Positions 10,540 through 20,049 of a stretch of DNA of 64,000 nucleotides are shown piece by piece. Each line of letters opens with the position of its first letter. Within the stretch, counting starts at the first letter, position 1. This DNA is from Bacteroidaceae bacterium (GTDB taxonomy: Bacteria > Bacteroidota > Bacteroidia > Bacteroidales > Barnesiellaceae_A). The notes beneath the pieces were generated by a model. It saw nothing but the letters and a program-made list of their open reading frames with translations. It made no database searches and was not told the origin of the DNA. The DNA is taken from contig JAFQRE010000016.1 of NCBI GenBank assembly GCA_017410245.1, forward strand, positions 5,704 through 69,703, written 5' to 3'. Position numbers and translations under genes: made by a program.

Positions 10540-11244
10540 TTACTTTTTTTCTTGAGGATTATAAGGCTTCAAGGGGTCCATTTGCGAGAGTTGCTTGCGA
10601 TCTTGAAGGAACTTAGACAACCACATAATTGCCATCAACACCACGATAATAAGGCCCAATACATCGAAGAAGTGGAATGTTTGGTTGCACACAGTGCATG
10701 ACCAATTTCGCAATGGTGCGACGTACATATAGACAGTATTCATCAAGATTATAAGGAGACGCAACTCGGTAGGTCCGAAACCACCATAGGTCAAAAGGAA
10801 TTGCCCCTTGATAATAGTACCGATATAGGTATATATAGACAAGCCCAAATATGCAGCCAGCACCATAAGTGCTATATCCAAGCGGAACATAGGCGAAAGA
10901 CCTGCTCCAACACACATGAGGCAGATAGTAACTACATCGAGCGAGTGATCGATAAAGAAACCATACTTAGGACGTTGCGTATTGCGCACGCGAGCCAACG
11001 TTCCGTCAAGGCTGTCGCCATACCAATTGACAAACAAGCCAAAAGAAGAAAGCCACAAGTAATTGATATTGACACAACCAAGCGCAAAACCGATCGCACA
11101 TATCAATGCTCCTACTACTCCTATATAGGTAAGTATATCTGACGTTATCCAACGAGGCTGACGTTCGGCAAGCCACACCAATGCTACTTTCTCAGCACGG
11201 TTGAGAAAAGAGGTCTGTATTCTCTCTGATTGTTCGTTTCCCAT
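10540..11244 (-). CDS. CDP-alcohol phosphatidyltransferase family protein
   Basis: DSLDGTLARVRNTQRPKYGFFIDHSLD matches the family signature DxxDGxxAR...GxxxDxxxD. Confidence 0.92.
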   Translation of the reverse strand: MGNEQSERIQTSFLNRAEKVALVWLAERQPRWITSDILTYIGVVGALICAIGFALGCVNINYLWLSSFGLFVNWYGDSLDGTLARVRNTQRPKYGFFIDHSLDVVTICLMCVGAGLSPMFRLDIALMVLAAYLGLSIYTYIGTIIKGQFLLTYGGFGPTELRLLIILMNTVYMYVAPLRNWSCTVCNQTFHFFDVLGLIIVVLMAIMWLSKFLQDRKQLSQMDPLKPYNPQEKK

Positions 11245-11271
11245 ATTATTTTTAATATCTATAAATTACTT

Positions 11272-12375
11272 TTATTGTTCATCATCACCAGTTAAGTCAA
11301 GGACCTCGCGGTCGCCACTCTTATCGACATATTGACGGCGCAAGGGTGATGCATGAGCCTCATCGTCACTGATGCGATTGCGATAAATATCTATTGCTGC
11401 ATATACAGCTTGTCTGAACGACTCTTCCGAAGCAAGCCCCTTACCGGCTATATCGTATGCCGTACCATGATCGGGAGAGGTGCGCACAAAGGGCAATCCT
11501 GCGGTAAAGTTCACACCATTTTCCATAGCAAGGGTCTTGAACGGAGCAAGACCTTGGTCGTGATACATAGCCAACACACCATCAAAACGACGATAATGTT
11601 CTGTCCCGAAAAATCCATCGGCAGCATAAGGACCAAAGCACAACGAGCCATTCTTCTTGGCTTCGTCGAGAGCGGGTTTGATAATATTAATCTCTTCATC
11701 GCCCAACATACCATTCTCACCGGCATGAGGATTGAGCGACAAGACTGCTATTCGAGGCTTACGCACACCAAAGTCGTGACGCAACGATTCTTCAAAAATG
11801 GCAATCTTCTCGAGAATCAACTCTTGGGTCAATGTAGCGGGGACTTGCGCAATGGGCATGTGGCCTGTCACCATGGCTACTCGCAACGAATCATTAAGCA
11901 AAATCATCAAAGCCTTGTCTCCTTCCTCACCCAAGCGTTGCTCCAAGTATTCGGTATGACCGGGGAATGTAAAGTCGGCCGACTGCATGGCATGCTTGCT
12001 GATAGGTGCAGTAACCAACACATCTATCAAGCCTTCCGAAAGGTCGGCAACAGCACGCTCCAAGGCTGCAAAGGCGGCAGGACCTACTTGCTCCGAAGTG
12101 TGTCCAATCTCAACTTTCACCTCCTCGTCAATACAATTTATAAGATTATTCTGTCCATCTACAACCTGACGAGCACCCGATACGATATTAAAATTGACCG
12201 GTTCCATATCGAGGGCCTTACGATGATAGGCTGCAACCTTGGCCGAGCCATATACTACCGGAGTACATATCTCAACAAAACGAGTATCTACCAAGGTCTT
12301 GAGGATTACCTCGTAACCTACACCATTGATATCTCCATGGGTAATACCCACTCTTATCATTTTATTTTCACTCAT
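11272..12375 (-). CDS. pdxA: 4-hydroxythreonine-4-phosphate dehydrogenase
   Basis: GDINGVG, FPGHTE, LNPHAGE, MYHDQG and RTSPDHGTA motifs. Confidence 0.96.
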   Translation of the reverse strand: MSENKMIRVGITHGDINGVGYEVILKTLVDTRFVEICTPVVYGSAKVAAYHRKALDMEPVNFNIVSGARQVVDGQNNLINCIDEEVKVEIGHTSEQVGPAAFAALERAVADLSEGLIDVLVTAPISKHAMQSADFTFPGHTEYLEQRLGEEGDKALMILLNDSLRVAMVTGHMPIAQVPATLTQELILEKIAIFEESLRHDFGVRKPRIAVLSLNPHAGENGMLGDEEINIIKPALDEAKKNGSLCFGPYAADGFFGTEHYRRFDGVLAMYHDQGLAPFKTLAMENGVNFTAGLPFVRTSPDHGTAYDIAGKGLASEESFRQAVYAAIDIYRNRISDDEAHASPLRRQYVDKSGDREVLDLTGDDEQ

Positions 12376-12490
12376 GTCAGTTACTTTTGAGTTGCTATAG
12401 CAACTTATATAATATTTCGACTGCCGAAGTTAAGCATTTTTATATAAATATACCCTATAAACACCAGGTCATTTATATAAGTTTTATAAT

Positions 12491-13513
12491 TTATGAATTA
12501 TTTTTTGCTGTGGATAACATTCCGCAAGCCGCAAAAATATCTTCACCACGCGAAGCCCGTATAGTGGCTACCACTCCTCGCTCATTGAGACGATCGCGGA
12601 AAGCCTCAATTTGTGCCATGTCGGAAGTCTTTAAATCGACACCGGGAATGGCATGAAAACGTATCAGATTGACTCGGCATGGCATACCACCAAATAAGCG
12701 CACCAACGCATCGGCATGCTGCATAGAGTCGTTGTAGTCGCGGAAAACTATATACTCGAAAGACAATCGTCGCTGATGACTCCAATCATACTCTCGCAAG
12801 AGAGCCAAAAGGTCTTTGATGGGGAATGATTTTTCGACAGGCATCACCTCGGCACGCTGTTGCGGATATGGAGCATGAAGGCTCAAGGCCAAATGACACT
12901 CGCTCTCTTCAATAAAACGACGTAAATTGGGTCGATAACCTATTGTAGATACAGTGATGCGACGAGGGCTCCAAGCCATACCCCATGGCTGGGTAAGGAT
13001 AGAGAGAGCCTTCATCAGTTCATCGATATTGTCGAGAGGCTCACCCATACCCATAAACACAAGATTGGTAAGTGTTTCACTTAGAGGCACCGACACAATC
13101 TGGTTGATTATCTCATGAGCTGTGAGATTACGTGTAAAGCCTTGTTTACCGGTCATACAGAAGTAGCAGTTCATCTTGCAACCTACCTGCGACGACACGC
13201 ACAGGGTAGCACGCTGACGATCGGGGATATATACAGCTTCAACGCCCGAGGTAGCACCTACATCATACAGATATTTGGCAGTGCCATCGACCGATTGCAT
13301 GGAATGTGAAGGCGCATAGTAACCCACATCGTACGTCTCGGCCAATCGCGCACGATGAGCCTTTGAGATATTGCTCATCGCCTCTATATCATTGACACGA
13401 CGCACATATATCCACTGAGCCAACTGCTTGGCGGCAAACGAAGGCATACCACATGAGGCCGCAACAACTTGCAACTCCTCCAACGTCTTTCCTACGAGGT
13501 GCTCTTTTTCCAT
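12491..13513 (-). CDS. rlmN: 23S rRNA m2A2503 methyltransferase (radical SAM)
   Basis: CVSSQVGCKMNCYFC, MGMGEP and C-terminal AACG motifs. Confidence 0.96.
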   Translation of the reverse strand: MEKEHLVGKTLEELQVVAASCGMPSFAAKQLAQWIYVRRVNDIEAMSNISKAHRARLAETYDVGYYAPSHSMQSVDGTAKYLYDVGATSGVEAVYIPDRQRATLCVSSQVGCKMNCYFCMTGKQGFTRNLTAHEIINQIVSVPLSETLTNLVFMGMGEPLDNIDELMKALSILTQPWGMAWSPRRITVSTIGYRPNLRRFIEESECHLALSLHAPYPQQRAEVMPVEKSFPIKDLLALLREYDWSHQRRLSFEYIVFRDYNDSMQHADALVRLFGGMPCRVNLIRFHAIPGVDLKTSDMAQIEAFRDRLNERGVVATIRASRGEDIFAACGMLSTAKNNS

Positions 13514-13535
13514 AGATACATTCTATTCATAGTAG

Positions 13536-13577
13536 AAAGAGAGCGTCTAATGCTCTGTTTAGACGCTCTCTTTTTTA
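13536..13577. terminator. Hairpin/terminator between ppiD and rlmN
   Basis: aaagagagcgtctaa ... ttagacgctctcttt 15-bp stem. Confidence 0.7.
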
Positions 13578-13590
13578 TTTGGGTATTCTA

Positions 13591-15684
13591 TTAGAAGAAA
13601 CGAACCAAAGTATTCTCTATATCGGCATTGTCTTTCAACACTTCTACGAAGCGATTTACAGCCGAAATATATTGTTGCTCGAGACGTGTCATCTCAGCAG
13701 CCTCATCGTAAGGACGCGAAGCAGCATTCTCGTTTACTACCTGCAACACATATACACCACGATTACCAGCTACGGGAGCCGATACAGCACCCATCTCAAG
13801 GCCCGAAGCTGCACCGGCTACAACAGGCTCATAACCAAGACCTGCGATGCTGGGAGAAGCTACCGACACAAACTTAACAGTATCAACCTTGGCATTCATA
13901 GCTGTAGCATAAGCCTCAAGCGTAGCGGGAGAAACGGCTGACAATTGCTCGGCAATCATATCGCCCTTCTTGTTGCGACGCACTGTCGAAGTGAGCATCG
14001 ACTCCATGTCTTCCATGGGACGATAACCCTCTTTTACAATCTTCTCAACTACGGCAACTACATATTTATCGCCAATCTCATATATTTCCGACATATCACC
14101 TTTCTTGGCATTGAATGCCCAGTGAATAATCTGACGGCTGTTTTGCATACCGGGGAGTGAGGTTTGCGATGCTTGGCAATCGGCGGGCATTACAGTATAA
14201 CCGGCAGTGAAGGCACTATCGACAAATTGCTCTACGTTGTTATATTTAGCAACATAAGAAGAGAGAGCGTTATAGAGCGATGTCTCTGTATCAACACTGG
14301 GATCTACACCGATGGTGAGAGTAGCAACCTTAGCTTTGGCAACAGGAGCCGAACGCTTAACAATCTTGGCAACGTGTTGTGCACCACCAAGGCTTGAAGT
14401 CTTGAAGTAACCATTACCGGCAGCAAACACATCGGCAACAAATTGACGGCCAAGATCGGCATACATAGCTTCGGTTACAACAAACTCGTCCATTACAGCG
14501 ATGTCTTCACCAAGAGCATCAAAGCTACCACCGGCAACCAATACATCGTAAACGCTATCAACGCGAGCATCGCCCATAGCGAAGCTGGCCAATTGCACTG
14601 TGATGCTATCGGGAGCAGTTTTGGTATCGATCAATCGGTACATTGTGTAGGCCTCGTTGGCAAAAGCGGGAGCTGTAGCATCACCTACCTTAGCACCTTC
14701 AACGAAGGCTTTCATTTCGGCGGGCATAGTGCTTACGGCAACGAAAGCATCTTCATAAGGCATATCAGAGTTGTTATCTACGATACCTGCAACATCGGCA
14801 GTAGTAGCAAAAGTCTCTTGAAGCATATTTACTTTCTCCTCAACCTTGGCATAGTCTTCGGCCGAGGGTTTTACATCTACAGTGATGTAACGAATAGTGC
14901 GAGTCTCGGGCATCTCATAGCGAGCTTTCATTTTGTCATACTCGGCTTTCATATCCGACTTCGACACAGCCACCAATGAATCGGCTACCGTTGTATAGGG
15001 TTGTACTGCATAAGCAACATCAACGGTATTGTTTTGAGCAGCAAATGCCATTTCGGCATCAATCTTATTGGGTTGCAATGCAGCCATAAGAAGAGCTGTA
15101 AATTTCTCATAAGCACGATTTTGACGGATTTGATCCTCCATATCGAGCCATGCTTGACGTTGAACAGCTATTTGTTGCAATTGAGCAGGATCGGTATAAC
15201 CGTTCTCTTCGGGGTTGAATACTACGCTCAAATAGTTGTCGAGAGCTTGGCGATCGAAAAGACCTGTTGCGGGGTCGGTAAATGCACGTTGTATCTCGGC
15301 ATTGATATTGTTACCGGTGAGCATATCTTGGAGCTCGGCATCAGATACGGCAATACCAACTGCAGCAAGTTCCTCTTGGAGAAGTTGCTCATTGACCATT
15401 TGCTCATAAACTTCCATTTGGATAGAAGCCGACATACCTTCGGGCATAGTCATACCGCTTTGTTGATACATAGCTTGCATTTGCTCGGTACGAGCATTTA
15501 CACGCTCTTGATACTTCTCAACACCAATAGTTGTTCCATTTACAGTTGCAACTTTGTTTTGATTCATCATGAAGAACGACTGTCCTGAGTTAAGGAAGTC
15601 ACCAATGATAAAGGCAAGCAAAGCAAGACCTATCACTACGACAAGCAAGGCGGCTTTGCTTCTAATTTTCTCTAATGTAGCCAT
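13591..15684 (-). CDS. ppiD: PpiD/SurA-N-domain periplasmic chaperone (peptidylprolyl isomerase family)
   Basis: MATLEKIRSK then a TM helix ending LAFIIGD; about 700 aa; expected synteny with lptC and rlmN. Confidence 0.85.
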   Translation of the reverse strand: MATLEKIRSKAALLVVVIGLALLAFIIGDFLNSGQSFFMMNQNKVATVNGTTIGVEKYQERVNARTEQMQAMYQQSGMTMPEGMSASIQMEVYEQMVNEQLLQEELAAVGIAVSDAELQDMLTGNNINAEIQRAFTDPATGLFDRQALDNYLSVVFNPEENGYTDPAQLQQIAVQRQAWLDMEDQIRQNRAYEKFTALLMAALQPNKIDAEMAFAAQNNTVDVAYAVQPYTTVADSLVAVSKSDMKAEYDKMKARYEMPETRTIRYITVDVKPSAEDYAKVEEKVNMLQETFATTADVAGIVDNNSDMPYEDAFVAVSTMPAEMKAFVEGAKVGDATAPAFANEAYTMYRLIDTKTAPDSITVQLASFAMGDARVDSVYDVLVAGGSFDALGEDIAVMDEFVVTEAMYADLGRQFVADVFAAGNGYFKTSSLGGAQHVAKIVKRSAPVAKAKVATLTIGVDPSVDTETSLYNALSSYVAKYNNVEQFVDSAFTAGYTVMPADCQASQTSLPGMQNSRQIIHWAFNAKKGDMSEIYEIGDKYVVAVVEKIVKEGYRPMEDMESMLTSTVRRNKKGDMIAEQLSAVSPATLEAYATAMNAKVDTVKFVSVASPSIAGLGYEPVVAGAASGLEMGAVSAPVAGNRGVYVLQVVNENAASRPYDEAAEMTRLEQQYISAVNRFVEVLKDNADIENTLVRFF

Positions 15685-15855
15685 TTGTTGTTTATATTTT
15701 TAGTTTTTATTTATATACTATTTATCAAGGGTGCGAAATTACAAAAAAAGGACGGATAGCCGAAATTTAAGAGCAAAAATTTTACTGAAAGTTACAAATT
15801 TGCCTCATTTCGGGCCTACATCGCCCCTATATATGCTATAAAATTACTATTTCAG

Positions 15856-16470
15856 CTATTCTTCGACGGTCGAATCTTGGTGTTGGACGTTGCGCTCGAA
15901 TGTAAATATACCGGTCGTGCGCAGTATGACATACTTGGTTATCTGTTCATTCGACCTGAAACCAACCCCCTCTATGACTTCTTCTCCATCGGTGATGCGA
16001 ATGGCCGAGTCGGAGTATATTTCGCGACTCTTTTGATTCCAGAAAAGTTGCTGAGTATCAAACTTTTTACCCTCTACATTCTCAATATGCACATTACCAT
16101 CAAGTCGCCATATCTGTTGTTTCTTATGATATATGGCTGTATCGCCTTTTATCATCGTTTCGGTAGCAAAGAGGGTGTCGAATTGCTCTACATATATACC
16201 CTCGGGGAAGTACCAATAGGGATCTTCCATCGCTTCGCCTTCATACATATACCACACTGCGGCTTCGATGCGATAGCGTGTCACACCCGAGTCGGATATG
16301 AGTGTATTTACATCACGTGTATAGAGAGATGGCATACTATCCACGTTATCATATCCTTCGGCCACCTCAGTTTTTGCCTCGGAACAAGCTGCGAGCAATA
16401 TAATGCAACATAGGGCTACACTCGATATGCGTGTAACCCACGAAAAGTTTGCAATACAGTCTCTATTCAT
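15856..16470 (-). CDS. lptC: LPS export periplasmic protein LptC
   Basis: TLISDSG..RYRI, YWYFPEG, TQQLFWNQ and IEGVGFRSN pattern of Bacteroidota LptC; lipobox LAAC. Confidence 0.85.
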   Translation of the reverse strand: MNRDCIANFSWVTRISSVALCCIILLAACSEAKTEVAEGYDNVDSMPSLYTRDVNTLISDSGVTRYRIEAAVWYMYEGEAMEDPYWYFPEGIYVEQFDTLFATETMIKGDTAIYHKKQQIWRLDGNVHIENVEGKKFDTQQLFWNQKSREIYSDSAIRITDGEEVIEGVGFRSNEQITKYVILRTTGIFTFERNVQHQDSTVEE

Positions 16471-16484
16471 TTTTACAAATAAGC

Positions 16485-16508
16485 GGGCTACGCCTTGCGA
16501 CGTAGCCC
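16485..16508 (-). terminator. Hairpin between the third C10 gene and lptC (weak terminator or RNA stability element)
   Basis: gggctacg-ccttgcga-cgtagccc stem with a short, interrupted U tail on the minus strand. Confidence 0.5.
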
Positions 16509-16526
16509 TACCCTATATCTGTCTTA

Positions 16527-18188
16527 TTATTTCTTAATAAAAGTCTTCACGCCTACACCTTCGCCATGCACATATCGCAAGATGTATGTACCGGCGGCCA
16601 ACGACGACACATTCACCTCGGTTTTATAAGTTGCCAACTCTCCGGCTTGTACTTGCGCACCGGCTACCGAATAGATAGCATACTCGCCACCTACAGCGGG
16701 CACCTCTACATTGATGTAGCTATCGGCTACCGAGGGATATACACGCATGGCATCGCTCATTACACTCTCTACCGCATTATCGGCAACGATTTGCACCTTG
16801 AAGAGTTGGTCGAACGACTCGCCTGTATTGGCATTGGTCACAGTCATATATATTTCGCGGAAAGCGGCAGCATCTTCTACTGTTTTGGTAGACATCAACT
16901 TGCCATCTTTCACCTCATAGGGCGATGCCACATGCTTGCCGGCGATGTTTTTGGGGCCTTTGAGTTCATACTCAAACACAGCCTCGGCATCTTCACAAGC
17001 CACTTTCACATCGGCGAGAGCTACACCGGCAGCTGTTCCGGCTGTAAAGCGGGTATTGCTCAATACGATACCATAGGGAGCTGTGGTGGGAGTACCTACA
17101 CCCACTATTGCACTATTGGCATAGGGGAAGGTAAGACCTTGATAGTCATCTTGCATCTTATCTATATCGAAGTAGCCATTACCATAGCCACCCCAACCCC
17201 AGTTTACGTGTACTTTCTGAGTAGAGTTTTTCCAACCGTCGATGTTCCAGCAGTGGGCACCGCCATCACCGGCACCAAAGTAGATAACTACGCGACCCAA
17301 AATCAACTCATCGAGCAAGAAATTCAGCCACTCTTCGCCCTTATCTTCTTTATTCACCAACTGAACATAATTCTCATCATACGAGAAGTTGCGCACCAAA
17401 GCCTTGGGTACGGGTTTATTGCCTGCACCCGAGCCATCAACGCCATAGCCCATCGATACCGACACACCGCAGTGGTAGAGCAAACGAGCCACCTCGTCAT
17501 AGTCACCTGTTTTGTCGCTGTTGAGCATAGCTTCCCAGTCGTAGGCTTTCTCGGCATCATAGTCGATAGAGAGCTTACCTATACCCTCACAAGTATATGA
17601 GTATTGTCCTACAGGACGCAAAGGATACTCTTGCACCATCATAGCCTGAGCCATACCCACAGCCACACAACCTACCATAACACGTTCGCCACCTACCGAA
17701 GGACAATGTCTGTTATAGGGATCGCCTTGGTTGAGATTGACAGTAACGAGAGGAGCTACATCGGGAACATTGGCAGGATCGGCAGCGGGTTTACGTTGCA
17801 TGATGCGTTGCCAAGCCTCGTGTTGGCTGTCGGCCATCACGCGAGCCTCTTCAACGATACGCTTTGCATTGGCATCAAGCACAGCCTGCATAGGCTCGGG
17901 CACTACATAAGCATCGGTTGTATTGTAACCTATGATAGGGTCGGACGACGACTGAGCGGCAACTATAGCCCAACCACCTTTATCATATTCCACCACGTAA
18001 TAGGCGGCAACACCATCACTCTCTACAAGTCTCACCGAAGCCTCTTGATGACCTTGCCACTCGCTATCGAGGCTGAGGAAGTTGTCGGCAACGGCCTTGG
18101 CATAGTCGGAAGTAATAACTTCGGCACTACTCCAGGTTGCAATCATTGCCACCGACACGGCGGCCAACAGGCTGAATACTCTTTTCAT
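16527..18188 (-). CDS. C10 (streptopain-like) cysteine protease paralog 3: propeptide, catalytic domain, cadherin-like domain, T9SS CTD
   Basis: Signal peptide; VGCVAVGMAQ (Cys), AHCWNIDG (His) and HVNWGWGG motifs; C-terminal RVYPS...LAAGTYIL...KTFIKK. Confidence 0.92.
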   Translation of the reverse strand: MKRVFSLLAAVSVAMIATWSSAEVITSDYAKAVADNFLSLDSEWQGHQEASVRLVESDGVAAYYVVEYDKGGWAIVAAQSSSDPIIGYNTTDAYVVPEPMQAVLDANAKRIVEEARVMADSQHEAWQRIMQRKPAADPANVPDVAPLVTVNLNQGDPYNRHCPSVGGERVMVGCVAVGMAQAMMVQEYPLRPVGQYSYTCEGIGKLSIDYDAEKAYDWEAMLNSDKTGDYDEVARLLYHCGVSVSMGYGVDGSGAGNKPVPKALVRNFSYDENYVQLVNKEDKGEEWLNFLLDELILGRVVIYFGAGDGGAHCWNIDGWKNSTQKVHVNWGWGGYGNGYFDIDKMQDDYQGLTFPYANSAIVGVGTPTTAPYGIVLSNTRFTAGTAAGVALADVKVACEDAEAVFEYELKGPKNIAGKHVASPYEVKDGKLMSTKTVEDAAAFREIYMTVTNANTGESFDQLFKVQIVADNAVESVMSDAMRVYPSVADSYINVEVPAVGGEYAIYSVAGAQVQAGELATYKTEVNVSSLAAGTYILRYVHGEGVGVKTFIKK

Positions 18189-18198
18189 AGTAATATGA

Positions 18199-19842
18199 TT
18201 ATTTCTTTATAAATGTTTTCACACCTACTCCCTCGTTGTGTTCATAGCGCAAGATGTATGTACCGGCCATCAACGACGACACATTCACCTCGGTATTATA
18301 GGCTGCCAACTCACCGGCTTGTACTTGTGTACCGGCTACCGAGTATATGGCATAGCTACCACCGGCTACCGGCACTTCTATGGTGATATAGTCGTGAGCT
18401 ATCGAGGGATATACACGCATAGCATCACTCATAATGCTCTCTACTGCGTCATTGGCAACAATTTGGAATTTAAAGTCTTTGGAGAACGACTCGCCGGTGT
18501 TGGTATTGGTTACGGTCATGAACAAGTCACGGAATGCAGCGGCATCTTCTACAGTCTTGGTTGCCATCAACTTGCCATCTACCACCTCATAGGGCGAGGC
18601 CACGTGCTTACCGGCAATATTCTTGGGGCCTTTGAGTTCATACTCAAACACAGCCTCGGGGTCTTCACATGCTATCACTACATCGGCAAGAGCCACGCCG
18701 GCAGCAGTTCCGGCCACAAACTTGGTCTTGCTTATTTTTATGCCATAGGGAGCTGTAGTGGGAGCACCTACACCTATCACCGCAGCGTTAAGATCGGGGA
18801 ACGACATACCTTGATACTTATCCTCCATCGAGTTGATATCGAAGTAGCTGTTACCATAGCCACCCCAACCCCAGTTTACGTGTACCATTTGAGTCGATTT
18901 CTTCCAACCGTCAATATTCCAGCAGTGACCACCGCCTTCGCCTTGACCACGATACACAACGACGCGACCCAACATTATCTCATCGAGAAGTATCGACAAC
19001 CACTCCTCGTCACTTTCGGGACGATCTACAAAGCGTACAAAGTTCTCATCATACTTGAAGTTGCGAGGCAAAGCCTTGGCCACGAGGTCGGTTTGAGTAC
19101 CCGAACCGTCAATGCCATACTGCATATTTACCGACACACCACAGTGATATACAAGGCGTGCTATTTCGTCAAAATCTTCTTGATACATAGCGTCCCAGTC
19201 GTAGGGAGCTTCGGCATCATAATCTATCGACAGTGTACCCACACCATCGGCTGCATAGGTATATTTACCCTCGGGAGCATCGGGATAACGAGCCACCATC
19301 ATGGCTTGAGCCATACCTACAGCCACGCAGCCCACCAAGGCGCGTTGGCCATTGATAGTAGGGCAATACTTATTGTAAGGCTCTTGTTGATTGAGATCGA
19401 TAGTGATAAGGGGAGCCACATCGGGAGTAGATGCAGGATCGGCAGCGGGCTTGCGTTGAGCTATACGTTGCCAGCCCTCATGCTTCACATCTTGTTGGTG
19501 ACGAGCCTCATCTACAATGCGCATTGCATTGGCTTTCATCACAGCCTGCATGGGCTCGGGAGCCTGATATGCACCGGTGGGATTGTAACAAATAACAGGT
19601 CGTGACGACGATTGTGCCGATACTACTGCCCAACCGCCTTTCTCATATTCTACCACATAATAGGCAGGCACACCATCTTCCTCAACAAGTGTCAGACGGG
19701 CATCTCCCTCTCCTTGCCACTCGCTATCGAGACTCATAAAGTTATCGGCAGCATTCTTGGCTACTTCCTGTGTTATAACTTCGGCTCCGGCATAAAATAC
19801 GGCCATTGCCAACACCGATACAATCGCTACAAATTTCTTCAT
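18199..19842 (-). CDS. C10 cysteine protease paralog 2 with T9SS CTD
   Basis: VGCVAVGMAQ, GHCWNIDG and HVNWGWGG motifs; CTD RVYPS...KTFIKK. Confidence 0.92.
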   Translation of the reverse strand: MKKFVAIVSVLAMAVFYAGAEVITQEVAKNAADNFMSLDSEWQGEGDARLTLVEEDGVPAYYVVEYEKGGWAVVSAQSSSRPVICYNPTGAYQAPEPMQAVMKANAMRIVDEARHQQDVKHEGWQRIAQRKPAADPASTPDVAPLITIDLNQQEPYNKYCPTINGQRALVGCVAVGMAQAMMVARYPDAPEGKYTYAADGVGTLSIDYDAEAPYDWDAMYQEDFDEIARLVYHCGVSVNMQYGIDGSGTQTDLVAKALPRNFKYDENFVRFVDRPESDEEWLSILLDEIMLGRVVVYRGQGEGGGHCWNIDGWKKSTQMVHVNWGWGGYGNSYFDINSMEDKYQGMSFPDLNAAVIGVGAPTTAPYGIKISKTKFVAGTAAGVALADVVIACEDPEAVFEYELKGPKNIAGKHVASPYEVVDGKLMATKTVEDAAAFRDLFMTVTNTNTGESFSKDFKFQIVANDAVESIMSDAMRVYPSIAHDYITIEVPVAGGSYAIYSVAGTQVQAGELAAYNTEVNVSSLMAGTYILRYEHNEGVGVKTFIKK

Positions 19843-19890
19843 CTACTACTATTATTAAATGTATTTACTATATTTTTCTCAATTCGGCCA

Positions 19891-19922
19891 CAAAGAAAAG
19901 AAAACGTAGCAAAAAAAGCAAA
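19891..19922 (-). promoter_or_regulatory. Probable promoter for C10 paralogs 2 and 3
   Basis: Minus strand TTTG-N20-TTTCTTTG (one mismatch in the -7 box). Confidence 0.5.
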
Positions 19923-19971
19923 TCATTTTCTATTTTTTGTATCCCATTTGAGAGTTTTCTTGCGTATTATC

Positions 19972-20006
19972 AAAAAAAGTCAAGGGCATCTATGATGCCC
20001 TTGACT
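19972..20006 (-). terminator. Intrinsic terminator after C10 paralog 1
   Basis: agtcaagggcatc-tat-gatgcccttgact 13-bp stem; the A-run on the left is a U tail on the minus strand. Confidence 0.85.
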
Positions 20007-20049
20007 CTTCATATCATATCGATTTTACTCCTGCGAGTCTATCGCTGTT

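Noticed and set aside
16566-19605. Long plus-strand ORFs (344 aa and 455 aa) antisense to the C10 genes, similar to each other
   Set aside because: Shadow frames of the real paralogs; their similarity is inherited from the sense genes, and they show no start signals or domain features.
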